Below, one piece after another: positions 1 to 9,590 of a stretch of DNA of 64,000 nucleotides. Position 1 is the stretch's first letter. Each line of letters starts with the position of its first letter. The position numbers and the translations under genes were made by a program. Where the stretch lies: NCBI GenBank assembly GCA_963743725.1, contig CAVURH010000008.1, forward strand, positions 924-64,923. Direction: 5' to 3'. Source of the stretch: an uncultured Solirubrobacterales bacterium (GTDB lineage: Bacteria; Actinomycetota; Thermoleophilia; Solirubrobacterales; Solirubrobacteraceae). The notes under the pieces were generated by a model that saw only the letters and a program-made list of their open reading frames with translations, was not told where the DNA came from and did no database searches.

Positions 1-6
1 TGCGCA

Positions 7-584
7 CTACGCGCAGCTCACGGTCGACAAGGCAAAGCCGATCGGCGCACACTCCTGCAGCGCTTCGACAAGCGTCCGGGATTCGGCCGTCACGCGCTGC
101 GCCTCGACAAGCTCGGTGACGTCCTGCGCCGCGCCGACCATGCGCAAGGGATGCCCCTTCCTCGTCTCGGCAGGCTTGGAGAACGGCGCGGCCAGCGGCG
201 GTGCCATCGGGCCACTCGACCCGAGATGTCCACGTTCGGCGACCAGCCGTCTTGGCGCCTGCGTCGAGCTCCAGCGCAACGCGGTCCCGGTAAGCTGGTG
301 CATCCGCGACAACACGTACTCCGGCGAAGGTGTACCTCGCCCGGCCCGACGCCGAGCAGGCGGTACATGTTCTCCGACCAGAACAGCTCATCGGATTCGG
401 ATCCCACTCCCAGGTACCAGTGCGGGCCAACCGCTCCGCCCGGTCGACCACGGCACGGCCCGGCTGGGTCCGAGCCGAACCCGATGACCGCGGGACCAGA
501 CCATTCGCACACTGCCGGGAACGAACCGATGTCGCCACCCGATAGGGATCGTCCAAAGCCGCGACGCGCGACAGCGCAAAGCAC
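7..584 (-). pseudogene. PAS-domain sensor protein, 3' part, multiply frameshifted (5' limit uncertain)
   Basis: PAS-like blocks lie in three minus-strand frames. DELFWSENMYRLLGVGPGE is in the ORF 90..584 frame. TPSPEYVLSRMH and GHPLRMVGAAQDVTELVEAQ are in the ORF 7..315 frame. YRDRVALELDAGAKTAG..RVEWPDGT..DEEG is in the third frame. Frame switches fall near 331-336, 297-300 and the CCCC run at 154-157. Stop TAG at 7-9. Confidence 0.4.
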
Positions 585-1210
585 CCCGAAAAGTCTGCGG
601 GAATCTACCTATCGATAGGTTGGCCGCCACTCTCCCACGGAGCGATCATCCAGCGCCTCGCCGCCCACGTTCTCCCCTCGAGGAGCCGACGAGCTCGGCC
701 GACTCGCTGCGCAGGGCGACAACCGAGAGCCCCCGGTCCGAACTATCGGTCCACCGACCGACGTGCTGGACTGTCGGCTTGCTCGGCACGCTCGCCGATG
801 ACCGCGCCCGGCGCGGCTGTTCCCGTTGCTAACCGGTCGCTGCGCTGGCGACATTCATCTCGCCGAAAGGAGGGCGCTCGCGCCAGCGTGCAGAATCGGC
901 CCGCAATGCCTACGTACGCCTCGGCACGAGCCGTCTCGGAATTGGTGAGGAGCAGGGAGCGCCGGCGATCAGCGCCGAGACGTGCTTTGAGGCTGCCGGG
1001 GATGGTGCGTTCGGAGGTTCGATCGCTGTGGGATGGTGGCTCTCCAGAGGCTGCATCCGGCTGTTGGCCGCTGCCCCTTCGTATTCGCCGTAGCCTCAGT
1101 TGTTCATCGGGCGTCGGCCTGGCCAGGTGGAGCGGGCCGACCACGACGAGGGGAAGAGGGCAGTGGCCCCACCATGCGGGGCGGCGCATGATGGGGCCTT
1201 GGAAGGCCGT

Positions 1211-1807
1211 CTAGACCGTTGCCTTCAGCGCCTCAACCTTGGCGTGGACCTGGTCGCGGAGGTGCGTGCGATGCTCGGCTCGCAGCTTCGCGCGCGCCTC
1301 GCGCTGAGCCGCCCGCTGCGCTTCGTCGGCGGCGGCGATCTCCGCCTCGACGTCGGTCACGCTGCGGCGCTGCACGCGTCCGTCGAGGTGCTCCATCGCG
1401 TAGTCGACCACTTGATCGCTCGGCTCGGACACGGCCGCGAGCAGTACGGTCTGGCCCGGGCGGATGGTGTTCGAGATGGTCGCGAGCGCTGAGCCTTCAT
1501 CGGCAAGGTCGTCCATGTCGAAGAGTGATCCGACTAGAAGCCCGGTGGCGCCCCCGATCAGAATTCCGAATGGTCCTCCGAGGATTCCGACGATCAGCCC
1601 GATGAGGCCGCCCGTCGCTGTCCCCTCGACGTGCGGGTCCTGGACTTGGTCCTTGATTGCGAGCTGGCCGTCCTTATCCCGTTTGACCACGGCGGCCCCT
1701 TGGAGAGAGATCTGGCCTTGTCCGTCCAGTTCCTTCAGCTTGCTGAGGGCTTCGTATGCGGAGTTGTCCTGCTCGAATGAAACCGCGATCACATCGTTGG
1801 CGGTCAT
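1211..1807 (-). CDS. DUF1269-like membrane protein (Gly-rich transmembrane core, coiled C-terminus)
   Basis: 198 aa ORF with a GGLIGLIVGILGGPFGILIGGATGLLVG segment. AAAGGGA Shine-Dalgarno 7 nt before the ATG. The ATGA overlaps the upstream gene's stop. Confidence 0.6.
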   Translation of the reverse strand: MTANDVIAVSFEQDNSAYEALSKLKELDGQGQISLQGAAVVKRDKDGQLAIKDQVQDPHVEGTATGGLIGLIVGILGGPFGILIGGATGLLVGSLFDMDDLADEGSALATISNTIRPGQTVLLAAVSEPSDQVVDYAMEHLDGRVQRRSVTDVEAEIAAADEAQRAAQREARAKLRAEHRTHLRDQVHAKVEALKATV

Positions 1808-2301
1808 GTTCGGTCCCTTTCATGAGTGGCGGGTGTCGTTGATGGTTGATCGTGAAGGTGGGGCGCCGCGTCACGGGCGGGCTCGATGTAGTTCGTGGCA
1901 TTCACGCGCTCGACCGTGATCGCGAGGATCACCCGGCCGGCATCGGCCAGCGCTTCGTCCGTGAGCGGCTCGGGAGGGTCGGTGGCCCGTGTGATCCGCT
2001 GCATGATCCTGGCCGTCGGGATCCCGATATCGGCGGTGAGGATCTCGGCGGGACCCGAGAAGGTCGCGGAGGGGTACGGAGGCTCCTGGCCCATGACGCA
2101 GAGCGAGGCCCATCCATTCCGCCGCACGTCCTGGACCTTGAGCCGTTCGGCGAGGGTCGAGATCAGGAGGCGCTCGCCCTCGCGCGCGAAGTAGACGAGC
2201 GACTGCCTTGGCCTGCCGTCGGGCACAGTTGTGGCAAGCGCACCGACCGGATGGCTGTCGAGGAAGTCCCGCGATGTGTCGGTCAGTACGCCCATGCGCA
2301 C
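1804..2301 (-). CDS. PPOX-class (pyridoxamine 5'-phosphate oxidase-like) flavin/F420-binding protein
   Basis: 165 aa. FLDSHPVGALATTVPDGRPRQSLVYF..LLISTL..KVQDVRRNGWASLCV is typical of the split-barrel PPOX family. The 25 aa C-terminal tail is unconserved-looking. Confidence 0.65.
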   Translation of the reverse strand: MRMGVLTDTSRDFLDSHPVGALATTVPDGRPRQSLVYFAREGERLLISTLAERLKVQDVRRNGWASLCVMGQEPPYPSATFSGPAEILTADIGIPTARIMQRITRATDPPEPLTDEALADAGRVILAITVERVNATNYIEPARDAAPHLHDQPSTTPATHERDRT

Positions 2302-3105
2302 TCCGTCTCCGCAGGGGCGGCGAGGTAGCCGTCGGGCTCCTCGACCACGGTGTTGCGGAGCTCGCCGATGCCCTCAATCTCGACGCGCACCAGATCTCCG
2401 ACCTTGAGCAGCCCCTCGGGGAAGGGCTGGCGCACGGCGCCGATCCCCGCCGGTGTGCCGGTCGCGATCACGTCGCCCGGCTCGAGCGTGAATGCCTGGG
2501 ACAGATGGGCGACCTGCTGGTAGCAGTCGTAGATCATCTCTCTCGTGTTGCCGTCCTGGCGGAGCTCCCCGCCGACGTAGGTGCGGATCTGAAGGTCGTG
2601 CGGATCGCCCAGTTCGTCCGGGGTGACGATCCAGGGACCGAGCGGCCCATGGGTGTCGAACGACTTGCCCATCGTCATCGTCGGCGTGCGCAGCTGCCAA
2701 TCGCGGACCGAGACGTCGTTGGCGATCGTGTATCCGGCAATCATCTCGTGGGCCCGATCCTCGGGGACGTGGCGGCAGCGCCTGCCGATCACCACCGCCA
2801 GCTCTCCCTCGTAGTCGAGCAGCCTGGAGACGCGAGGCATGTGCACGTCGTCATCCGGGCCGACCACGCAGCGTGACCTGCTTGTTGAAGAACACCGGGA
2901 ACTGCGGCGCCTCCATTCCGGACTCGGCGATGTGGTCGGCGTAGTTGAGGCCAATGGCCAGGAACTTGCGGGGCTGGACCGGCGCAAGCAGGCGCACGTC
3001 CTCGAGGGCGTGACGCTCGGACGGGTTGTCGCGATGGACGAGGTACCCGTCCTCGACGATCCCGGGCTGCGGCCCGTCGCCGGCGTCGAAGCGGCAGAGC
3101 TTCAC
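2283..3105 (-). pseudogene. Fumarylacetoacetate hydrolase (FAH) family hydrolase, +1 frameshift near 2871
   Basis: The N-terminal part (VKLCRF..FLAIGLNYADHIAESGMEAPQFPVFFNKQVT) is in the frame of ORF 2851..3981. The C-terminal part (CVVGPDDDVHMP..DYEGELAVVIG..GDVIATGTPAGIG) is in ORF 2283..2987. Total length is 823 nt, which is 3n+1. The GTG start overlaps the upstream TGA (GTGA). Confidence 0.75.
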
Positions 3106-3693
3106 GAGCTCATCTCCGGGATCTCGACCGGCGCCTGGTCGGGCGCGTAGCCGCCGGCCATCGCCTTGGCGTGGATTTCCGCGAAGCTCACGCCCTGGGC
3201 GTGATCGGCCGCGATCCGCTCCGGGTCGACGAAGTGGCCGATCGGGTTGGCCTTGAACTCGTCTGAGGAAAGCATCCATTCCTTCGACTTCTTCCAGGAG
3301 CCGAAGCAGTCGACCTGCAATTCGACGTTGTTGCCGTCCGGGTCGGCGTAGTAGTAGGACAGCGTCATCCCATGGTCCAGGCACAGGGCCGGGGTGACTC
3401 CGTCCTCCTTGAGCCGCAGATAGCTGGAGTTCAGGTCCTCGAAGGTCGCGTACTCGAACGCGGAGTGGTGCATACCGGTCCGCGTCTCCTTCTCGGGGTC
3501 GTCGACGAAGTTCGGGAAGGCCAGGAGCGCGATCCGGTGGTTGGCGTCGTCGTTTGACAGCCAGGCGCCGACCTGGTCCTGAAAGATGACCTCGCTTCCA
3601 ACTAGCGTCCGGTAGAAGTCGATCATCTCTTGCAGACGGGTGGTCTTGAGATTGACGTGATGAAACTTGGGAGGGATAACGGGGTCGCGTCAT
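3102..3693 (-). pseudogene. VOC-superfamily extradiol ring-cleavage dioxygenase-like protein, frameshift within about 28 nt after the start
   Basis: The conserved first strand KFHHVNLKTTRLQEMIDFYRTLVG has no in-frame start codon. An out-of-frame ATG at 3693 has AAGGAG 7 nt upstream. The ATG-to-M(3626) distance is 67 nt, which is 3n+1. Confidence 0.6.
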
Positions 3694-5325
3694 GCGGGTG
3701 CTCCTTGAGTCGCGGGGGTCACGGTGATGTTCAGTTGGGTTCGAAGGTCTTCCAGTAGCTCGGGGACCGCCTCCCCGAGGCCGCACCGCCGAAGACGTAG
3801 AAGTCGGGACGCACGAGGACGGCGTGAGCGTGGTGCGAGGCAAGCCACGCGCTGAGGCGCCCATCGAGGTCGCGCACGCCATGGGGCGCGCCGGGGTCCA
3901 GCGACGCGACCGTGGCGTCGAGCGTTTCGAGCAGCTTCCGCTGCCGGCGCGCAAGGCCTTCGAGCGGGTCGCCGTCGGCAACGATGAGCTGAAAGCCGCC
4001 GCCGACGATGTCGTCGAAGCGTCCTCGCCGCCCTGCGCGCTCCACCACTCCCTGAATGCCGAGCGTCCCCGCCAGTGGATCGGGTCCGCCGATTGGCTGG
4101 TGTAGCAGGCCGCCCGTCAACGGCGGGAGCTCGAGCGGCGGCGGCGGACCCGCCGCCCGCAGCATCGCGTCGCGCTCGGCCGCCGCCTTCGGGTCGAGTT
4201 GGCAAAGGATCTTCCCCAGCTCGATCGCAAGCCGGATCACGGCCTCGTTCTGTGGTTGCCGCTCGGCCTCGATCGTGCGCAGCAGCCGCGCGGGCGCGAG
4301 CCCGCGCAGAACCAGGTCGAGCTTCCAAGCCGCGTTCGCCGCGTCGCGCAGGCCAGAGCAGAGGCCCTGGCCCATGAACGGCGGGGTCAAGTGTGCGGCG
4401 TCGCCGACGATCAGCACGCGGCCCTTGCCCATCCGTTCGGTCACCATCGACCGGAATTCGTAAACCGTGCTGCGGGTGAGCGGCCCGTCCTGCGGCCCGT
4501 ACCACTCCTCGAGCAGCGACCACACTCGCTCGGGATCCTCGAAGTCGGACGGCTGCTCGTGCGGGAGCAGCATGAACTCCCAGCGCCGGTGCCGGGGTCC
4601 GCTCTGGACGATCGTCGTGGGGCGCGCCGGGTCGCACCGCTGGCTCGCGATCGGGAGGTGGGCGAGCGCACGCATGTCATTTGGCTCGGCGTCCACGACC
4701 AGCCAGCGCTCCTGAAACCCGAGGTCGCGACGGCTGAGTCCCGCTCGCTTCGCGTACGAACGAGTTCGCGCCGTCGGCCCCGACCAGCCAGCGACTGCGC
4801 ACCGTGCGGTACTCGCCGGTGCTGGCGAGCTGCCGCGGCTCCTCCTGGCTCACCCTGTGAAGCGTCAGCTCGACGTGGTCGCCGAAGTCCTCCAGGCCGT
4901 CGGCGACCCAGCCTCGCTCCACGGTGACGCCCGCTGGCACGCAGGCGTGACGATGGATCGCGGCCTCGAGCTCAGGCTGGAAGAACATGTAGGACGCCTC
5001 CCACCCCGACGGCGCGAGATCCTGGCGGTCGAATCGCAGCAGCGGCTCGCCGTCGGCGCCGATCCACTGGTAATCGTGGACGGGCACCATCTCGTCGGCC
5101 AGCACGTCCGCCAGATCGAGCGCCTGCAGCAGGCGCATGATCTCGTGATCGAGATGCACCGCGCGCGGGAGGCAGTAGATGTCCTGGAAGCGCTCGAACA
5201 CCACCACGCGATGCCCGGCGCGGCCGAGCAGCGCCGCCAGCGTCTGCCCCACCGGCCCGTAGCCGACGATCGCAACGTCTGCCTCGAGCTCTTGATGGGC
5301 GGTCGGACGTGGAGAGATGCGTCAT
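3690..5325 (-). pseudogene. FAD-dependent aromatic-ring hydroxylase (MhpA/PheA-like), three frameshifts
   Basis: The Rossmann motif ADVAIVGYGPVGQTLAALLGRAGH is out of frame with the ATG at 5325. ADGANSFVREASG | LSRRDLGFQERWLVVDAEPND breaks near 4739. GDAAHLTPPFMGQGLCSGLRDA is present. The C-terminal FGGAAS | GEAVPELLEDLRTQL breaks at the run 3773-3776. Net length is 1636 nt, which is 3n+1. The stop TGA overlaps the next gene's ATG. Confidence 0.75.
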
Positions 5326-5333
5326 ACGCTGAC

Positions 5334-5362
5334 ACTCTAGTCATAACTGATGAACTTGTCAA
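5334..5362 (-). promoter_or_regulatory. Sigma70-like promoter for the monooxygenase operon (TTGACA-17-TAGAGT), near-leaderless
   Basis: The minus strand reads cTTGACAagttcatcagttatgacTAGAGTgtcagcgtATG. The -10 element ends 8 nt before the ATG at 5325. Confidence 0.45.
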
Positions 5363-5384
5363 GATTGATTGAACAGGGTAAGCT
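5356..5384 (+). promoter_or_regulatory. Sigma70-like promoter for tetR (TTGTCA-17-TAAGCT), near-leaderless
   Basis: The plus strand reads TTGTCAagattgattgaacagggTAAGCTgacaccATG. Its -35 hexamer shares 5 of 6 bp with the opposing -35 inside the palindrome CTTGTCAAG. Confidence 0.45.
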
Positions 5385-5390
5385 GACACC

Positions 5391-6008
5391 ATGACAACGA
5401 CGCCGGATCGCCACTCACGCCGACGGGAAGCCACGCGGGCGAAACTCATCGAGGCCGCCAAAGCCCTCATCGCTCGTCAGGGCGTGGACAACACGCGGAT
5501 TCAGGAGATCACCGAGGAGGCGGACGTCGGCTTCGGCTCCTTCTACAACCACTTTGAGAGCAAGGAGGCGATCGTCGAGGCCGTCCTGGTTGAAACGGTC
5601 GCCGCCCAGGGCGCCGAAATCGACGCTCTGACCTCGCAGCTCCCGGATTCGGCCGAGGTGATCTCAGCTGCCCACCGCATGTTCGCTCGCCGCGCCCACG
5701 AGGACCCAGACTGGGCGTGGCTGCTGATTCGCCTCAACGTCTCCCACAACATCATGCTCGCCGCCCTCGAGCCCTACGCCCGGCGCGACCTGCGGGCAGC
5801 AATCAAAGCCGGACGGCTGAGCGTCCCGAACGAGAAAATCGCCCTAATAGCCGCCGCCGGCGCCCTTCTCGCCGTGATGCGCGCGATCCTCGACAACCAG
5901 GCGCCGAAGGAGGCCGACATCCACCACGCCGAGGGCGTGCTTCGGATGTTCGGACTGGCACCCGACGAAGCGGCGGCGGTCGCGCGCCGCCCCCTACCCG
6001 CACGGTGA
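5391..6008 (+). CDS. TetR/AcrR family transcriptional regulator
   Basis: 205 aa. The N-terminal HTH is RAKLIEAAKALIARQGVDNTRIQEITEEADVGFGSFYNHFESKEAI. The gene is divergent from the catabolic operon. Confidence 0.9.
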   Translation: MTTTPDRHSRRREATRAKLIEAAKALIARQGVDNTRIQEITEEADVGFGSFYNHFESKEAIVEAVLVETVAAQGAEIDALTSQLPDSAEVISAAHRMFARRAHEDPDWAWLLIRLNVSHNIMLAALEPYARRDLRAAIKAGRLSVPNEKIALIAAAGALLAVMRAILDNQAPKEADIHHAEGVLRMFGLAPDEAAAVARRPLPAR

Positions 6009-6102
6009 AGTCACCTCGGTCTACCTTCGCGGGATCGATAACACCGAGATCGTCCACGCCGTCCACGAGCGCCCCGCGCCGAAGATCCCAGCCACCCACG
6101 GC

Positions 6103-6327
6103 CTATAGACCTTCCGACGCCCCTGGTAGGTCGTCCTTGGAGCGACCCACCAGGCTCGGGAAGTCCGGGTTCCCGAACCACTCAAATCGCCTGCCTCGAG
6201 CATCGGACTGTCGCCGAAGGAGTCGCACGATCTGAAGCGCCCCGAGGATGAAAGCAATCGCGCCGACCAGTGATGCGGGTCCACCGCGAGCTCGCTTCCG
6301 CTCGTGTGGGCTGGACACGGATGCCAC
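6103..6327 (-). CDS. Hypothetical small membrane protein
   Basis: 74 aa ORF with one hydrophobic helix (ASLVGAIAFILGALQIVRLL). AAGGAG lies upstream but at poor spacing. No family recognised. Confidence 0.25.
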   Translation of the reverse strand: MASVSSPHERKRARGGPASLVGAIAFILGALQIVRLLRRQSDARGRRFEWFGNPDFPSLVGRSKDDLPGASEGL

Positions 6328-6374
6328 GGCTCCTTGCGGCAGCGGCGCCTCGCTGTCGCGGATAGCCTCGTCAT

Positions 6375-6971
6375 GTGCCTAAGAGTCGGCTGGAAGCTTT
6401 CAGCGATGGCGTCATCGCGATCCTGATCACGATCATGGTGCTGGAGTTGCACACCCCGGCCGGTACGTCGTGGCATGCGTTGGGACACGAACTGCCCGCG
6501 ATCCTCGCCTACGTGCTCAGCTTCGTGTACCTGGGGATCTACTGGAACAACCACCACCACATGCTGGCGGCCGTCTCCCGGGTCAGCGGCGCGGTGCTGT
6601 GGGCCAACCTGCACCTGCTCTTCTGGCTCTCGCTGATCCCTTTCAGCACCGCATGGATGAGCGAGCACCGATTTCCGCCGATCCCGACGGCCACATACGG
6701 AATCGTTCTGCTCGCCGCCGCGATCGCCTACGTCATCCTGCAGACGGCGCTCCTCCACGCTGAGGGAGAAGACTCCAGGCTGCGCATCGCCATCGGCTCA
6801 GATGCCAAGGGAAAGATCTCGCCGCTCCTGTACTGCCTCGGGATCGGCTTGTCCTTCGCTGAGCCCTGGCTCGGCCTTGCCATGTATGTCGTCGTGGCAC
6901 TGATCTGGCTGGTGCCTGACCGTCGCGTCGAGCGCCATCTGACCACGGCCGCGGCCGAGCCGAGCGAATAG
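6375..6971 (+). CDS. TMEM175-family (DUF1211) potassium channel
   Basis: 198 aa. The signature RLEAFSDGVIAILITIMVLEL is followed by five further hydrophobic helices. Confidence 0.85.
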   Translation: MPKSRLEAFSDGVIAILITIMVLELHTPAGTSWHALGHELPAILAYVLSFVYLGIYWNNHHHMLAAVSRVSGAVLWANLHLLFWLSLIPFSTAWMSEHRFPPIPTATYGIVLLAAAIAYVILQTALLHAEGEDSRLRIAIGSDAKGKISPLLYCLGIGLSFAEPWLGLAMYVVVALIWLVPDRRVERHLTTAAAEPSE

Positions 6972-7571
6972 GCGCGCCGAGTCGGCCCGGCGCCCGATCT
7001 CGCGACGTCCACGTCGAGTTCGTCGCCCGACTAGCACCCAGTCCCACTCCGACCGTCCTGTGGTCGGAAGGGAGTCGCCGGCGAGGCAGACGAGTTGACG
7101 ATCGCGTTCGTAGCAGAGCGCTCGCTCGTCAACGCCAACGCGCGTCATCCCCTCGTCGCCGAAGCGCTCGCCAGGTCCGATCCTGCCCCCGACACGAAAG
7201 CGATCGCCGGCGAGACGCTTTTCGCGCAGAGGAGGGCCGGCGCCTGGGACTCCGAGAGGCACGTACGAAAAACGGAAGCGGGGCCGGAGTGACCCGTGGG
7301 CCCCCCGTCCGACACGCCAGGACCGCAGCCGCCTCGAGGAGGATGAGAATCGTGGCCGCATTCCACCTTGAGTAGCCATCTCGTCTGCTCTCCGGGCGTA
7401 GCCCGTTTGCCGGGTGAAGAGCCGGCGGTAGCCTCGCACGCACCGGGAGATCGGTGCTTGCCGTCGAGGAGCGCGGGTGGCCCCGGTTGGCTTGCGATAG
7501 GCTGGCCACGCTAAGGCAGGGATTGCCGAGGAGCTGAGCACACGGGCGTGCGAGAGGTTTGAGAGGCCATC

Positions 7572-9290
7572 GTGGTCGCCAGATCAGCGAGATCTCGGCA
7601 CATGTACGGCGTGTTCGTCGCGGCGGTACTTGTCACGTTGTTCGTGATCTCAGGTGTCGCCCGCGCAGCGCTGCCGGTGGGTTGCACCCACTCGGCGCAG
7701 AACGTTACGTGCACATACGCCTCGGGCTCCAACGCTTTCACGGTACCCATGCGTGTCTCCTCGATCAGCGTGCTGGCGGTGGGCGGGGCGGGCGGCAGCT
7801 CGGTCTTCTGCACGACGACCGCCGGTTGCAGTATCGATGTCGCCGGCGGGTTCGGCGCCAGGGTGAGCGGTGAGCTGGCGGTCTCCCCGGGCACCACGAT
7901 CTACGCCGTCGTCGGCGTCAACGGCGCCAACGGAAGTCCCAGCTCCGGCGGACTGAGCGGCGGTTTCGGTGGCGCCGGCGGTGGTGCCTCGGACGTTCGC
8001 AGCACCGCGACCAATCCGTCGTCCCGGTTGCTCGTCGCCGGGGGCGGTGGTGGCGCGGGCGCCCCTGGACTGATCACCTTCGGCACCGAGCAGTCACCCG
8101 GTGCCAGCGGCGGTGCGGGCGGTTCAGCCGGCACCGCGGGCACCCCGGCGGCGCCGGTTCCCGGTGATCCGCCCTCGCCGCAGAACAAGCCCGCGGGCGG
8201 AGGATCCGCCGGTGGCGGCACCGCCGGCGGTGCGGGCGGTGTCGGCGGTGTCGTGACGAACATCGCCAACTGCTCGCCGTCCTGCATCGGCGACGCCGGG
8301 CAAACGGGTGCGCTCCAGACCGGTGGCGCAGGCGGAGCGGGCGGAGACGTGGCGGAAGCGGGCCACGTCTCCCTAGTGGGGGGCGGTGGCGGAGCCGGGG
8401 GCGGCGGGCTGTTCGGCGGTGGCGGTGGTGGTGGCGGCAGCCCCTCGGCAGGCGGAGGTGGTGGAGGCGGCGGTTCGAGCCTGGTGCCCCCCGGTGGCTC
8501 CGAGACCGTCGACAGCGCCGGCATGCGCCTCGTCGAAATCACCTACACGGCCCCGAAGGACTCAACCGCGACGAGAGTGAGCTGCTCGCCGGACACGATC
8601 GTCCCCTGGCAGCGAGCGACCTGCACGGCGACCGTCACCGACACGGCTGTGAGCCCTCACACGGCTCCGAAAGGGGCGGTCTCGTTCTCGAGCACCGGCG
8701 GCTCGCGGGCTTTCGCTGGCGCTTCTCATTGTGCGCTCGTCAGCGCCGGTGATAGGCGCTCGGCGACCTGCGCGGTGAGCCTCACGCCGCGTGCGACGGG
8801 CGTTGTCAGGGTTAGGGCCGCTTACCACGGCGACGGTCAGCACGGGGCGAGCGACGGCGGCACGACCGTCACGGTCGAACTTCCCGCGAGCACGCCTGGC
8901 TGTCGGGTGCTGGCCGCAGGGCAGATCACGGCGGCAGACGGCGATCGTGCGAGCTTTGCCGGCATCGCACGCGCGACGCACCCCCGCGGCGTCGAGCTGT
9001 ACATCGACCGCGGCCCCGGCAGCCCCCTGACGCTATTGGCGTCGAGCATCGAGGCTGTCACCTGCACAGCCCGCCACGCGATCGTGTTCGGCACGGCGAG
9101 GCTCGCCCGATCACACGCGGTCCTCTACCGGATCGACATTCGTTTAGCACCGCGTGCACATGGCAGGGACACCTACCGCGTGCGTCTCCAGACGGGCTAC
9201 GACTCCGGCGCGCAACCGCTCCAGAGCGGCTTCGTCACAGTTAGACCGCGACATCATCGAAGTCGTACCGCCTGGGTTCGCCGGTTGTGA
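7572..9290 (+). CDS. Secreted glycine-rich-domain protein with C-terminal Ig-like domain
   Basis: 572 aa. Signal peptide (..VISGVARA). FTVPMRVSSISVLAVGGAGG..GARVSGELAVSPGTTIYAVVG is followed by long GGxGG runs. An Ig-like block follows (ATRVSCSPD..ATCTATVTD..KGAVSFSS..TCAVSLTP). Confidence 0.8.
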   Translation: MVARSARSRHMYGVFVAAVLVTLFVISGVARAALPVGCTHSAQNVTCTYASGSNAFTVPMRVSSISVLAVGGAGGSSVFCTTTAGCSIDVAGGFGARVSGELAVSPGTTIYAVVGVNGANGSPSSGGLSGGFGGAGGGASDVRSTATNPSSRLLVAGGGGGAGAPGLITFGTEQSPGASGGAGGSAGTAGTPAAPVPGDPPSPQNKPAGGGSAGGGTAGGAGGVGGVVTNIANCSPSCIGDAGQTGALQTGGAGGAGGDVAEAGHVSLVGGGGGAGGGGLFGGGGGGGGSPSAGGGGGGGGSSLVPPGGSETVDSAGMRLVEITYTAPKDSTATRVSCSPDTIVPWQRATCTATVTDTAVSPHTAPKGAVSFSSTGGSRAFAGASHCALVSAGDRRSATCAVSLTPRATGVVRVRAAYHGDGQHGASDGGTTVTVELPASTPGCRVLAAGQITAADGDRASFAGIARATHPRGVELYIDRGPGSPLTLLASSIEAVTCTARHAIVFGTARLARSHAVLYRIDIRLAPRAHGRDTYRVRLQTGYDSGAQPLQSGFVTVRPRHHRSRTAWVRRL

Positions 9291-9308
9291 AAGCAGATCG
9301 AACCCAGG
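9271..9308 (+). terminator. Perfect 10-bp stem hairpin spanning the stop codon of the Gly-rich gene
   Basis: cctgggttcg (9271-9280) pairs with cgaacccagg (9299-9308) across an 18-nt loop that contains the TGA at 9288-9290. There is no U-tract. Confidence 0.35.
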
Positions 9309-9590
9309 AGGTCGCCGGTTCGAGCACGGCCAGCTCCATTCGATATCGCTCAGCAGTCCGTCCTTTTCTGGCGAACAGCGCAATTGCTCCGCAGTGGAAA
9401 GTCAGATTGGGCGGAGAGACTCGGCGCTAGCGGCGAGTCGATTCCCTGCGGTCGGGCCCATCGCGGCGACGAGGCAACTTGATCGAGCGGCCCCCGTCGC
9501 TTAGGTTCTTCTCAGAGTGCGCATGCGCGTGTCCATTGCTAGTGCTGTCGTTCTGACGGCTGCAGGCTTCGCAGTCTCCGGATCGGCGAA

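Noticed and set aside
585-1210. ORFs 743..1189 (minus) and 798..1214 (plus) between the PAS fragment and the DUF1269 gene
   Set aside because: They overlap each other, have an Arg/Ser/Pro-rich composition, and show no start-site signals or family motifs. The region may hold the frameshifted 5' part of the PAS gene, but I cannot support coordinates.
7290-7571. Riboswitch (the GGTGAAGAGCCGG segment vaguely recalls a cobalamin element) upstream of the Gly-rich gene
   Set aside because: I could not assemble the conserved B12-box or any complete known riboswitch architecture by eye, and the downstream gene has no link to cofactor metabolism.
7901-8542. 213-aa proline-rich ORF on the minus strand (PPPPPPPPAEGLPPPPPPPP..)
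   Set aside because: It is the antisense reading of the GGN-rich glycine-repeat region of the 7572..9290 gene, so it is a composition artefact and not an independent gene.
9309-9338. Possible tRNA gene (GGTTCGAGC T-loop followed by ..CAGCTCCA)
   Set aside because: Only a T-arm (with one mismatch) and a 3' acceptor-like strand are present. There is no complementary 5' acceptor strand, D-arm or anticodon arm within 90 nt. It is kept only as a possible att-site remnant in the findings.
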